From assembly GCA_964016885.1 (NCBI GenBank), contig OZ024742.1:342488001-342552000 (forward strand): a stretch of DNA of 64,000 bases, given 5' to 3'. Below are positions 14,601-28,430 of this stretch, in pieces. The notes under the pieces were generated by a model. That model saw only the letters and a list, made by a program, of their open reading frames with translations. It was not told the DNA's origin and did no database searches. Both the position numbers and the translations under genes were made by a program. Source of the DNA: Eledone cirrhosa. Its lineage: Eukaryota. Positions within the stretch are counted from its first letter, which is position 1; each line of letters opens with the position of its first letter.

Positions 14601-17600
14601 GGTATGAAGTATGTGATCTCCAGTGGTATGAAGTATGTGATCTACAGTGGTATGAAGTATGTGATCTACAGTGGTATGAAGTATGTGATCTACAGTGGTA
14701 TGAAGTATGTGATATCCTGTGGTATGAAGTATATGATCTCCATTGGTATGAAGTATGTGATTTCCAGTGGTATGAAGTATGTGATCTACAGTGGTATGAA
14801 GTATGTGATCTACAGTGGTATGAAGTATGTGATCTACAGTGATATGAGGTATGTGATCTACAGTGGTATGAAGTATGTGATCTCCTGTGATATGAAGTAT
14901 GTGATCTACAGTGGTATGAAGTATGTGATCTACAGTGGTATGAAGTATGTGATCTCCAGTGGTATGAAGTATGTGATCTACAGTGGTATGAAGTATGTGA
15001 TCTACAGTGGTATGATGTATGTGATATCCAGTGGTATGAAGTATGTGGTCTCCATTGGTATGAAGTATGTCAGCTCCAGTGGTATGAAGTATGTGATCTA
15101 CAGTGGTATGAAGTATGTGATCTACAGTGGTATGAAGTATGTGATCTACAGTGGTATGAAGTATGTGATCTACAGTGGTATGAAGTATGTGATCTCCAGT
15201 GGTATGAAGTATGTGATCTCCAGTGGTATGAAGTATGTGATCTCCTGTGGTATGAAGTATGTGATCTCCTGTGGTATGAAGTATGTGATCTACAGTGGTA
15301 TGAAGTATGTGATCTCCAGTGGTATGAAGAATGTGATCTACAGTGGTATGAAGTATGTGATATCCTGTGGTATGAAGTATGTGATCTCCGGTGGTATGAA
15401 GTATGTGATCTCCTGTGGTATGAAGAATGTGATCTACAGTGGTATGAAGTATGTGATCTCCAGTGCTATGAAGTATGTGATCTACAGTGGTATGAAGTAT
15501 GTCAGCTCCAGTGGTATGAAGTATGTGGTCTCCAGTGGTATGCAGTATGTGATCTACAGTGGTATGAAGTATGTGATCTCCAGTGGTATGAAGTATGTGA
15601 TCTACAGTGGTATGAAGTATGTGATCTACAGTGGTATGAAGTATGTGATATCCTGTGGTATGAAGTATGTGATATCCTGTGGTATGAAGTATGTGATCTA
15701 CAGTGGTATGAAGTATGTGATCTCCTGTGATATGAAGTATGTGATCTACAGTGGTATGAAGTATGTGATCTGCAGTGGTATGAAGTATGTGATCTCCAGT
15801 GGTATGAAGTATGTCAGCTCCAGTGGTATGAAGTATGTGATCTACAGTGGTATGATGTATGTGATCTACAGTGGTATGATGTATGTGATATCCAGTGGTA
15901 TGAAGTATGTGATCTCCATTGGTATGAAGTATGTGATCTGCAGTGATATGAAGTATGTGATCTACAGTGGTATGAAGTATGTGATCTTCAGTGGTATGAA
16001 GTATGTGATCTCCAGTGGTATGAAGTATGTGATCTACAGTGGTATGAAGTATGTGATCTACAGTGGTATGAAGTATGTGATCTCCAGTGGTATGAAGTAT
16101 GTGATCTACAGTGGTATGAAGTATGTGATCTACAGTGGTATGAAGTATGTGATCTACAGTGGTATGAAGTATGTGATCTCCAGTGGTATGAAGTATGTGA
16201 TCTACAGTGGTATGAAGTATGTGATCTACAGTGGTATGAAGTATGTGATCTCCAGTGGTATGAAGTATGTGATCTACAGTGGTATGAAGTATGTGATATC
16301 CTGTGGTATGAAGTATGTGATCTACAGTGGTATGAAGTATGTGATATCCTGTGGTATGAAGTATGTGATCTCCATTGTTATGAAGTATGTGATCTCCAGT
16401 GGTATGAAGTATGTGATCTCCAGTGGTATGAAGTATGTGATCTACAGTGGTATGAAGTATGTGATCTACAGTGGTATGAAGTATGTGATCTACAGTGGTA
16501 TGAAGTATGTGATCTACAGTGGTATGAAGTATGTGATCTACAGTGGTATGAAGTATGTGATCTCCAGTGGTATGAAGTATGTGATCTCCAGTGGTATGAA
16601 GTATGTGATCTCCTGTGGTATGAAGTATGTGATCTCCTGTGGTATGAAGTATGTGATCTACAGTGGTATGAAGTATGTGATCTCCAGTGGTATGAAGAAT
16701 GTGATCTACAGTGGTATGAAGTATGTGATATCCTGTGGTATGAAGTATGTGATCTCCAGTGGTATGAAGTATGTGATCTCCTGTGGTATGAAGAATGTGA
16801 TCTACAGTGGTATGAAGTATGTGATCTCCAGTGCTATGAAGTATGTGATCTACAGTGGTATGAAGTATGTCAGCTCCAGTGGTATGAAGTATGTGATCTC
16901 CAGTGGTATGCAGTATGTGATCTACAGTGGTATGAAGTATGTGATCTCCAGTGGTATGAAGTATGTGATCTACAGTGGTATGAAGTATGTGATCTACAGT
17001 GGTATGAAGTATGTGATATCCTGTGGTATGAGGTATGTGATCTACAGTGGTATGAAGTATGTGATCTCCTGTGATATGAAGTTTGTGATCTACAGTGGTA
17101 TGAAGTATGTGATCTACAGTGGTATGAAGTATGTGATATCCAGTGGTATGAAGTATGTGATCTACAGTGGTATGAAGTATGTGATCTACAGTGGTATGAA
17201 GTATGTGATCTCCAGTAGTATGAAGTATGTGATCTACAGTGGTATGAAGTATGTGATCTACAGTGGTATGAAGTATGTGATCTCCAGTGGTATGAAGTAT
17301 GTGATCTACAGTGGTATGAAGTATGTGATCTACAGTGGTATGAAGTATGTGATCTACAGTGGTATGAAGTATGTGATCTCCTGTGGTATCAAGTATGTGA
17401 TCTCCAGTGGTATGAAGTATGTGATCTACAGTGATATGATGTATGTGATCTCCAGTGGTATGAAGTATGTGATCTATAGTGGTATGAAGTATGTGATTTC
17501 CAGTGGTATGAAGTATGTGATCTCCAGTGGTATGAAATATGTGATCTACAGTGGTATGAAGTATGTGATCTACAGTGGTATGAAGTATGTGATCTACCGT

Positions 17601-19790
17601 GGTATGAAGTATGTGATCTCCAGTGGTATGAAAGTATGTGATCTCCAGTGGTATGAAGTATGTGATCTACAGTGGTATGAAGTATGTGATCTACAGTGAT
17701 ATGAAGTATGTGATCTACAGTGGTATGAAGTATGTGATATCCTGTGGTATGAAGTATGTGATCTCCATTGTTATGAAGTATGTGATCTCCAGTGGTATGA
17801 AGTATGTGATCTCCAGTGGTATGAAGTATGTGATCTACAGTGGTATGAAGTATGTGATCTACAGTGGTATGAAGTATGTGATATCCTGTGGTATGAAGTA
17901 TGTGATCTCCATTGGTATGAAGTATGTGATCTCCAGTGGTATGAAGTATGTGATCTACAGTGGTATGAAGTATGTGATCTCCGGTGGTATGAAGTATGTG
18001 ATCTACAGTGGTATGAAGTATGTGATCTACAGTGGTATGAAGTATGTGATCTACAGTGGTATGAAGTATGTGATATCCTGTGGTATGAAGTATATGATCT
18101 CCATTGGTATGAAGTATGTGATTTCCAGTGGTATGAAGTATGTGATCTACAGTGGTATGAAGTATGTGATCTCCAGTGGTATGAAGTATGTGATCTACAG
18201 TGATATGAGGTATGTGATCTACAGTGGTATGAAGTATGTGATCTCCTGTGATATGAAGTATGTGATCTACAGTGGTATGAATTATGTGATCTACAGTGGT
18301 ATGAAGTATGTGATCTCCAGTGGTATGAAGTATGTGATCTACAGTGGTATGAAGTATGTGATCTACAGTGGTATGATGTATGTGATATCCAGTGGTATGA
18401 AGTATGTGATCTCCATTGGTATGAAGTATGTCAGCTCCAGTGGTATGAAGTATGTGATCTACAGTGGTATGAAGTATGTGATCTACAGTGGTATGAAGTA
18501 TGTGATCTACAGTGGTATGAAGTATGTGATCTACAGTGGTATGAAGTATGTGATCTACAGTGGTATGAAGTATGTGATCTCCAGTGGTATGAAGTATGTG
18601 ATCTCCAGTGGTATGAAGTATGTGATCTCCTGTGGTATGAAGTATGTGATCTCCTGTGGTATGAAGTATGTGAACTACAGTGGTATGAAGTATGTGATCT
18701 CCAGTGGTATGAAGAATGTGATCTACAGTGGTATGAAGTATGTGATATCCTGTGGTATGAAGTATGTGATCTCCAGTGGTATGAAGTATGTGATCTCCTG
18801 TGGTATGAAGTATGTGATCTCCAGTGCTATGAAGTATGTGATCTACAGTGGTATGAAGTATGTCAGCTCCAGTGGTATGAAGTATGTGATCTCCAGTGGT
18901 ATGCAGTATGTGATCTACAGTGGTATGAAGTATGTGATCTCCAGTGGTATGAAGTATGTGATCTACAGTGGTATGAAGTATGTGATCTACAGTGGTATGA
19001 AGTATGTGATATCCTGTGGTATGAAGTATGTGATATCCTGTGGTATGAAGTATGTGATCTACAGTGGTATGAAGTATGTGATCTCCTGTGGTATGAAGTA
19101 TGTGATCTACAGTGGTTTGAAGTATGTGATCTACAGTGGTATGAAGTATGTGATCTCCAGGGGTATGAAGTATGTGATCTACAGTGGTATGAAGTATGTG
19201 ATCTCCAGTGGTATGAAGTATGTCAGCTCCAGTGGTATGAAGTATGTGATCTACAGTGGTATGATGTATGTGATCTACAGTGGTATGATGTATGTGATAT
19301 CCAGTGGTATGAAGTATGTGATCTCCATTGGTATGAAGTATGTGATCTGCAGTGATATGAAGTATGTGATCTACAGTGGTATGAAGTATGTGATCTTCAG
19401 TGGTATGAAGTATGTGATCTCCAGTGGTATGAAGTATGTGATCTACAGTGGTATGAAGTATGTGATCTACAGTGGTATGAAGTATGTGATCTCCAGTGGT
19501 ATGAAGTATGTGATCTCCAGTGGTATGAAGTATGTGATCTACAGTGGTATGAAGTATGTGATCTACAGTGGTATGAAGTATGTGATCTCCAGTGGTATGA
19601 AGTATGTGATCTACAGTGGTATGAAGTATGTGATCTACAGTGGTATGAAGTATGTGATCTCCAGTGGTATGAAGTATGTGATCTCCAGTGGTATGAAGTA
19701 TGTGATCTACAGTGGTATGAAGTATGTGATATCCTGTGGTATGAAGTATGTGATCTACAGTGGTATGAAGTATGTGATATCCTGTGGTAT
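8641..19790 (+). repeat. Dispersed ~2.2-kb duplication at ~8,858-bp offset (~8641-10890 and ~17499-19790)
   Basis: Both copies start with ATGAAA (8677/17535), TACCGT and the 25-bp ATGAAAG unit (8770/17628), then share the same monomer order apart from a few whole-unit indels. Right boundary is approximate. Confidence 0.8.
11162..11860 (+). repeat. 360-bp (15-monomer) tandem duplication
   Basis: Lines 11221-11460 are identical to 11581-11820, including two AAGAAT units, AGTGCT and GTCAGC. Confidence 0.85.
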
Positions 19791-22700
19791 GAAGTATGTG
19801 ATCTCCATTGTTATGAAGTATGTGATCTCCAGTGGTATGAAGTATGTGATCTCCAGTGGTATGAAGTATGTGATCTACAGTGGTATGAAGTATGTGATCT
19901 ACAGTGGTATGAAGTATGTGATATCCTGTGGTATGAAGTATGTGATCTCCATTGGTATGAAGTATGTGATCTCCAGTGGTATGAAGTATGTGATCTCCAG
20001 TGGTATGAAGTATGTGATCTACAGTGGTATGAAGTATGTGATCTACAGTGGTATGAAGTATGTGATCTACAGTGGTATGAATTATGTGATATCCTGTGGT
20101 ATGAAGTATATGATCTCCATTGGTATGAAGTATGTGATTTCCAGTGGTATGAAGTATGTGATCTACAGTGGTATGAAGTATGTGATCTCCAGTGGTATGA
20201 AGTATGTGATCTACAGTGATATGAGGTATGTGATCTACAGTGGTATGAAGTATGTGATCTCCTGTGATATGAAGTATGTGATCTACAGTGGTATGAAGTA
20301 TGTGATCTACAGTGGTATGAAGTATGTGATCTCCAGTGGTATGAAGTATGTGATCTACAGTGGTATGAAGTATGTGATCTACTGTGGTATGATGTATGTG
20401 ATCTCCAGTGGTATGAAGTATGTGATCTCCATTGGTATGAAGTATGTCAGCTCCAGTGGTATGAAGTATGTGATCTACAGTGGTATGAAGTATGTGATCT
20501 ACAGTGGTATGAAGTATGTGATCTACAGTGGTATGAAGTATGTGATCTACAGTGGTATGAAGTATGTGATCTACAGTGGTATGAAGTATGTGATCTACAG
20601 TGGTATGAAGTATGTGATCTCCAGTGGTATGAAGTATGTGATCTCCTGTGGTATGAAGTATGTGATCTCCTGTGGTATGAAGTATGTGATCTACAGTGGT
20701 ATGAGGTATGTGATCTCCAGTGGTATGAAGAATGTGATCTACAGTGGTATGAAGTATGTGATATCCTGTGGTATGAAGTATGTGATCTCCAGTGGTATGA
20801 AGTATGTGATCTCCTGCGGTATGAAGAATGTGATCTACAGTGGTATGAAGTATGTGATCTCCAGTGCTATGAAGTATGTGATCTACAGTGGTATGAAGTA
20901 TGTCAGCTCCAGTGGTATGAAGTATGTGATCTCCAGTGGTATGCAGTATGTGATCTACAGTGGTATGAAGTATGTGATCTCCAGTGGTATGAAGTATGTG
21001 ATCTTCAGTGGTATGAAGTATGTGATCTACAGTGGTATGAAGTATGTGATATCCTGTGGTATGAAGTATGTGATATCCTGTGGTATGAAGTATGTGATCT
21101 ACAGTGGTATGAAGTATGTGATCTCCTGTGATATGAAGTATGTGATCTACAGTGGTATGAAGTATGTGATCTACAGTGGTATGAAGTATGTGATCTCCAG
21201 GGGTATGAAGTATGTGATCTACAGTGGTATGAAGTATGTGATCTCCAGTGGTATGAAGTATGCCAGCTCCAGTGGTATGAAGTATGTGATCTACAGTGGT
21301 ATGATGTATGTGATCTACAGTGGTATGATGTATGTGATATCCAGTGGTATGAAGTATGTGATCTCCATTGGTATGAAGTATGTGATCTGCAGTGATATGA
21401 AGTATGTGATCTACAGTGGTATGAAGTATGTGATCTTCAGTGGTATGAAGTATGTGATCTCCAGTGGTATGAAGTATGTGATCTACAGTGGTATGAAGTA
21501 TGTGATCTACAGTGGTATGAAGTATGTGATCTCCAGTGGTATGAAGTATGTGATCTCCACTGGTATGAAGTTTGTGATCTACAGTGGTATGAAGTATGTG
21601 ATCTACAGTGGTATGAAGTATGTGATCTCCAGTGGTATGAAGTATGTGATCTACAGTGGTATGAAGTATGTGATCTACAGTGGTATGAAGTATGTGATCT
21701 CCAGTGGTATGAAGTATGTGATCTCCAGTGGTATGAAGTATGTGATCTACAGTGGTATGAAGTATGTGATATCCTGTGGTATGAAGTATGTGATCTACAG
21801 TGGTATGAAGTATGTGATCTACAGTGGTATGAAGTATGTGATCTCCTGTGGTATGAAGTATGTGATCTCCAGTGGTATGAAGTATGTGATCTACAGTGAT
21901 ATGAGGTATGTGATCTACAGTGGTATGAAGTATGTGATCTCCTGTGATATGAAGTATGTGATCTACAGTGGTATGAAGTATGTGATCTACAGTGGTATGA
22001 AGTATGTGATCTCCAGTGGTATGAAGTATGTGATCTACAGTGGTATGAAGTATGTGATCTACAGTGGTATGATGTATGTGATCTCCAGTGGTATGAAGTA
22101 TGTGATCTCCATTGGTATGAAGTATGTGATCTCCAGTGGTATGAAGTATGTGATCTACAGTGGTATGAAGTATGTGATCTCCAGTGGTATGAAGTATGTG
22201 ATCTACAGTGGTATGAAGTATGTGATCTACAGTGGTATGAAGTATGTGATCTACAGTGGTATGAAGTATGTGATCTCCAGTGGTATGAAGTATGTGATCT
22301 CCAGTGGTATGAAGTATGTGATCTCCTGTGCTATGAAGTATGTGATCTCCTGTGGTATGAAGTATGTGATCTACAGTGGTATGAAGTATGTGATCTCCAG
22401 TGGTATGAAGTATGTGATCTACAGTGGTATGAAGTATGTGATATCCTGTTGTATGGAGTATGTGATCTCCAGTGGTATGAAGTATGTGATCTCCTGTGGT
22501 ATGAAGAATGTGATCTACAGTGGTATGAAGTATGTGATCTCCAGTGCTATGAAGTATGTGATCTACAGTGGTATGAAGTATGTGATCTACAGTGGTATGA
22601 AGTATGTGATATCCTGTGGTATGAAGTATGTGATATCCTGTGGTATGAAGTATGTGATCTACAGTGGTATGAAGTATGCGATCTCCTGTGATATGAAGTA

Positions 22701-23244
22701 TGTGATCTACAGTGGTATGAAGTATGTGATCTACAGTGGTATGAAGTATGTGATCTCCAGGGGTATGAAGTATGTGATCTACAGTGGTATGAAGTATGTG
22801 ATCTCCAGTGGTATGAAGTATGTCAGCTCCAGTGGTATGAAGTATGTGATCTAAAGTGGTATGATGTATGTGATCTACAGTGGTATGATGTATGTGATAT
22901 CCAGTGGTATGAAGTATGTGATCTCCATTGGTATTAAGTATGTGATCTGCAGTGATATGAAGTATGTGATCTACAGTGGTATGAAGTATGTGATCTTCAG
23001 TGGTATGAAGTATGTGATCTCCAGTGGTATGAAGTATGTGATCTACAGTGGTATGAAGTATGTGATCTACAGTGGTATGAAGTATGTGATCTCCAGTGGT
23101 ATGAAGTATGTGATCTCCAGTGGTATGAAGTATGTGATCTACAGTGGTATGAAGTAAGTGATCTACAGTGGTATGAAGTATGTGATCTCCAGTGGTATGA
23201 CGTATGTGATCTACAGTGGTATGAAGTATGTGATCTACAGTGGT

Positions 23245-26200
23245 ATGAAGTATGTGATCTCCAGTTGTATGAAAGTATGTGATCTACAGTGGTATGAAGT
23301 ATGTGATCTACAGTGGTATGAAGTATGTGATCTACAGTGATATGAAGTATTTTATCTACAGCGGTATGAAGTATGTGATATCCTGTGGTATGAAGTATGT
23401 GATCTCCATTGGTATGAAGTATGTGATCTCCAGTGGTATGAAGTATGTGATCTCCAGTGGTATGAAGTATGTGATCTCCAGTGGTATGAAGTATGTGATC
23501 TACAGTGGTATGAAGTATGTGATCTACAGTGGTATGAAGTATGTGATCTACAGTGGTATGAAGTATGTGATATCCTGTGGTATGAAGTATATGATCTCCA
23601 TTGGTATGAAGTATGTGATCTCCAGTGGTATGAAGTATGTGATCTACAGTGGTATGAAGTATGTGATCTCCAGTGGTATGAAGTTATGTGATCTACAGTG
23701 GTATGAAGTATGTGATCTACAGTGGTATGAAGTATGTGATATCCTGTGGTATGAAGTTTGTGATCTACAGTGGTATGAAGTATGTGATCTACAGTGGTAT
23801 GAAGTATGTGATCTCCTGTGGTATGAAGTATGTGATCTCCAGTGGTATGAAGTATGTGATCTACAGTGATATGAGGTATGTGATCTACAGTGGTATGAAG
23901 TATGTGATCTCCTGTCATATGAAGTATGTGATCTACAGTGGTATGAAGTATGTGATCTACAGTGGTATGAAGTATGTGATCTACATTGGTATGAAGTATG
24001 TGATCTACAGTGGTATGATGTATGTGATCTCCAGTGGTATGAAGTATTTGATCTCCATTGGTATGAAGTATGTGATCTCCAGTGGTATGAAGTATGTGAT
24101 CTACAGTGGTATGAAGTATGTGATCTCCAGTGGTATGAAGTATGTGATCTACAGTGGTATGAAGTATGTGATCTCCAGTGGTATGAAGTATGTGATCTCC
24201 AGTGGTATGAAGTATGTGATCTCCATTGGTATGAAGTATGTGATCTCCAGTGGTATGAAGTATGTGATCTACAGTGGTATGAAGTATGTGATCTCCAGTG
24301 GTATGAAGTATGTGATCTCCATTGGTATGAAGTATGTGATCTCCAGTGGTATGAAGTATGTGATCTACAGTGGTATGAAGTATGTAATCTCCAGTGGTAT
24401 GAAGTATGTGATCTACAGTGGTATGAAGTATGTGATCTACAGTGGTATGAAGTATGTGATCTCCAGGGGTATGAAGTATGTGATCTACAGTGGTATGAAG
24501 TATGTGATCTCCAGTGGTATGAAGTATGTCAGCTCCAGTGGTATGAAGTATGTGATCTACAGTGGTATGATGTATGTGATCTACAGTGGTATGATGTATG
24601 TGATATCCAGTGGTATGAAGTATGTGATCTCCATTGGTATGAAGTATGTGATCTGCAGTGATATGAAGTATGTGATCTACAGTGGTATGAAGTATGTGAT
24701 CTTCAGTGGTATGAAGTATGTGATCTCCAGTGGTATGAAGTATGTGATCTACAGTGGTATGAAGTATGTGATCTACAGTGGTATGAAGTATGTGATCTCC
24801 AGTGGTATGAAGTATGTGATCTCCAGTGGTATGAAGTATGTGATCTACAGTGGTATGAAGTATGTGATCTACAGTGGTATGAAGTATGTGATCTCCAGTG
24901 GTATGAAGTATGTGATCTACAGTGGTATGAAGTATGTGATCTACAGTGGTATGAAGTATGTGATCTCCAGTGGTATGAAGTATGTGATCTCCAGTGGTAT
25001 GAAGTATGTGATCTACAGTGGTATGAAGTATGTGATATCCTGTGGTATGAAGTATGTGATCTACAGTGGTATGAAGTATGTGATATCCTGTGGTATGAAG
25101 TATGTGATCTCCATTGTTATGAAGTATGTGATCTCCAGTGGTATGAAGTATGTGATCTCCAGTGGTATGAAGTATGTGATCTACAGTGGTATGAAGTATG
25201 TGATCTACAGTGGTATGAAGTATGTGATATCCTGTGGTATGAAGTATGTGATCTCCATTGGTATGAAGTATGTGATCTCCAGTGGTATGAAGTATGTGAT
25301 CTCCAGTGGTATGAAGTATGTGATCTACAGTGGTATGAAGTATGTGATCTACAGTGGTATGAAGTATGTGATCTACAGTGGTATGAATTATGTGATATCC
25401 TGTGGTATGAAGTATATGATCTCCATTGGTATGAAGTATGTGATTTCCAGTGGTATGAAGTATGTGATCTACAGTGGTATGAAGTATGTGATCTACAGTG
25501 ATATGAGGTATGTGATCTACAGTGGTATGAAGTATGTGATCTCCTGTGATATGAAGTATGTGATCTACAGTGGTATGAAGTATGTGATCTACAGTGGTAT
25601 GAAGTATGTGATCTCCAGTGGTATGAAGTATGTGATCTACAGTGGTATGAAGTATGTGATCTACAGTGGTATGATGTATGTGATCTCCAGTGGTATGAAG
25701 TATGTGATCTCCATTGGTATGAAGTATGTCAGCTCCAGTGGTATGAAGTATGTGATCTACAGTGGTATGAAGTATGTGATCTACAGTGGTATGAAGTATC
25801 TGATCTACAGTGGTATGAAGTATGTGATCTACAGTGGTATGAAGTATGTGATCTACAGTGGTATGAAGTATGTGATCTCCAGTGGTATGAAGTATGTGAT
25901 CTCCAGTGGTATGAAGTATGTGATCTCCTGTGGTATGAAGTGTGTGATCTCCTGTGGTATGAAGTATGTGATCTACAGTGGTATGAAGTATGTGATATCC
26001 TGTGGTATGAAGTATGTGATATCCTGTGGTATGAAGTATGTGATCTACAGTGGTATGAAGTATGTGATCTCCTGTGATATGAAGTATGTGATCTACAGTG
26101 GTATGAAGTATGTGATCTACAGTGGTATGAAGTATGTGATCTCCAGGGGTATGAAGTATGTGATCTACAGTGGTATGAAGTATGTGATCTCCAGTGGTAT

Positions 26201-28430
26201 GAAGTATGTCAGCTCCCGTGGTATGAAGTATGTGATCTACAGTGGTATGATGTATGTGATCTACAGTGGTATGATGTATGTGATATCCAGTGGTATGAAG
26301 TATGTGATCTCCATTGGTATTAAGTATGTGATCTGCAGTGATATGAAGTATGTGATCTACAGTGGTATGAAGTATGTGATCTTCAGTGGTATGAAGTATG
26401 TGATCTCCAGTGGTATGAAGTATGTGATCTCCAGTGGTATGAAGTATGTGATCTACAGTGGTATGAAGTATGTGATCTACAGTGGTATGAAGTATGTGAT
26501 CTCCAGTGGTATGAAGTATGTGATCTACAGTGGTATGAAGTATGTGATCTCCAGTTGTATGAAAGTATGTGATCTACAGTGGTATGAAGTATGTGATCTA
26601 CAGTGGTATGAATTATGTGATCTACAGTGATATGAAGTATTTTATCTACAGCGGTATGAAGTATGTGATATCCTGTGGTATGAAGTATGTGATCTCCATT
26701 GGTATGAAGTATGTGATCTCCAGTGGTATGAAGTATGTGATCTCCAGTGGTATGAAGTATGTGATCTCCAGTGGTATGAAGTATGTGATCTACAGTGGTA
26801 TGAAGTATGTGATCTACAGTGGTATGAAGTATGTGATCTACAGTGGTATGAAGTATGTGATATCCTGTGGTATGAAGTATATGATCTCCATTGGTATGAA
26901 GTATGTGATCTCCAGTGGTATGAAGTATGTGATCTACAGTGGTATGAAGTATGTGATCTCCAGTGGTATGAAGTTATGTGATCTACAGTGGTATGAAGTA
27001 TGTGATCTACAGTGGTATGAAGTATGTGATATCCTGTGGTATGAAGTTTGTGATCTACAGTGGTATGAAGTATGTGATCTACAGTGGTATGAAGTATGTG
27101 ATCTCCTGTGGTATGAAGTATGTGATCTCCAGTGGTATGAAGTATGTGATCTACAGTGATATGAGGTATGTGATCTACAGTGGTATGAAGTATGTGATCT
27201 CCTGTGATATGAAGTATGTGATCTACAGTGGTATGAAGTATGTGATCTACAGTGGTATGAAGTATGTGATCTACATTGGTATGAAGTATGTGATCTACAG
27301 TGGTATGATGTATGTGATCTCCAGTGGTATGAAGTATGTGATCTCCATTGGTATGAAGTATGTGATCTCCAGTGGTATGAAGTATGTGATCTACAGTGGT
27401 ATGAAGTATGTGATCTCCAGTGGTATGAAGTATGTGATCTACAGTGGTATGAAGTATGTGATCTCCAGTGGTATGAAGTATGTGATCTCCAGTGGTATGA
27501 AGTATGTGATCTCCATTGGTATGAAGTATGTGATCTCCAGTGGTATGAAGTATGTGATCTACAGTGGTATGAAGTATGTGATCTCCAGTGGTATGAAGTA
27601 TGTGATCTCCATTGGTATGAAGTATGTGATCTCCAGTGGTATGAAGTATGTGATCTACAGTGGTATGAAGTATGTGATCTCCAGTGGTATGAAGTATGTG
27701 ATCTACAGTGGTATGAAGTATGTGATCTACAGTGGTATGAAGTATGTGATCTCCAGGGGTATGAAGTATGTGATCTACAGTGGTATGAAGTATGTGATCT
27801 CCAGTGGTATGAAGTATGTCAGCTCCAGTGGTATGAAGTATGTGATCTACAGTGGTATGATGTATGTGATCTACAGTGGTATGATGTATGTGATATCCAG
27901 TGGTATGAAGTATGTGATCTCCATTGGTATGAAGTATGTGATCTGCAGTGATATGAAGTATGTGATCTACAGTGGTATGAAGTATGTGATCTTCAGTGGT
28001 ATGAAGTATGTGATCTCCAGTGGTATGAAGTATGTGATCTACAGTGGTATGAAGTATGTGATCTACAGTGGTATGAAGTATGTGATCTCCAGTGGTATGA
28101 AGTATGTGATCTCCAGTGGTATGAAGTATGTGATCTATAGTGGTATGAAGTATGTGATCTACAGTGGTATGAAGTATGTGATCTCCAGTGGTATGAAGTA
28201 TGTGATCTACAGTGGTATGAAGTATGTGATCTACAGTGGTATGAAGTATGTGATCTCCAGTGGTATGAAGTATGTGATCTCCAGTGGTATGAAGTATGTG
28301 ATCTACAGTGGTATGAAGTATGTGATATCCTGTGGTATGAAGTATGTGATCTACAGTGGTATGAAGTATGTGATATCCTGTGGTATGAAGTATGTGATCT
28401 CCATTGTTATGAAGTATGTGATCTCCAGTG
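23245..28430 (+). repeat. ~1.9-kb direct duplication at 3,290-bp offset (23245-25140 and 26535-28430); a third related copy lies at ~33200-35010
   Basis: The shared marker series is AGTTGTATGAAAG, TATTTTATCTACAGCGGT, the +T unit AAGTTATG, AAGTTT and TACATT. ORF starts at 23279/26569 and 23688/26978 differ by 3,290, as does CCATTGTT at 25111/28401. Confidence 0.88.
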
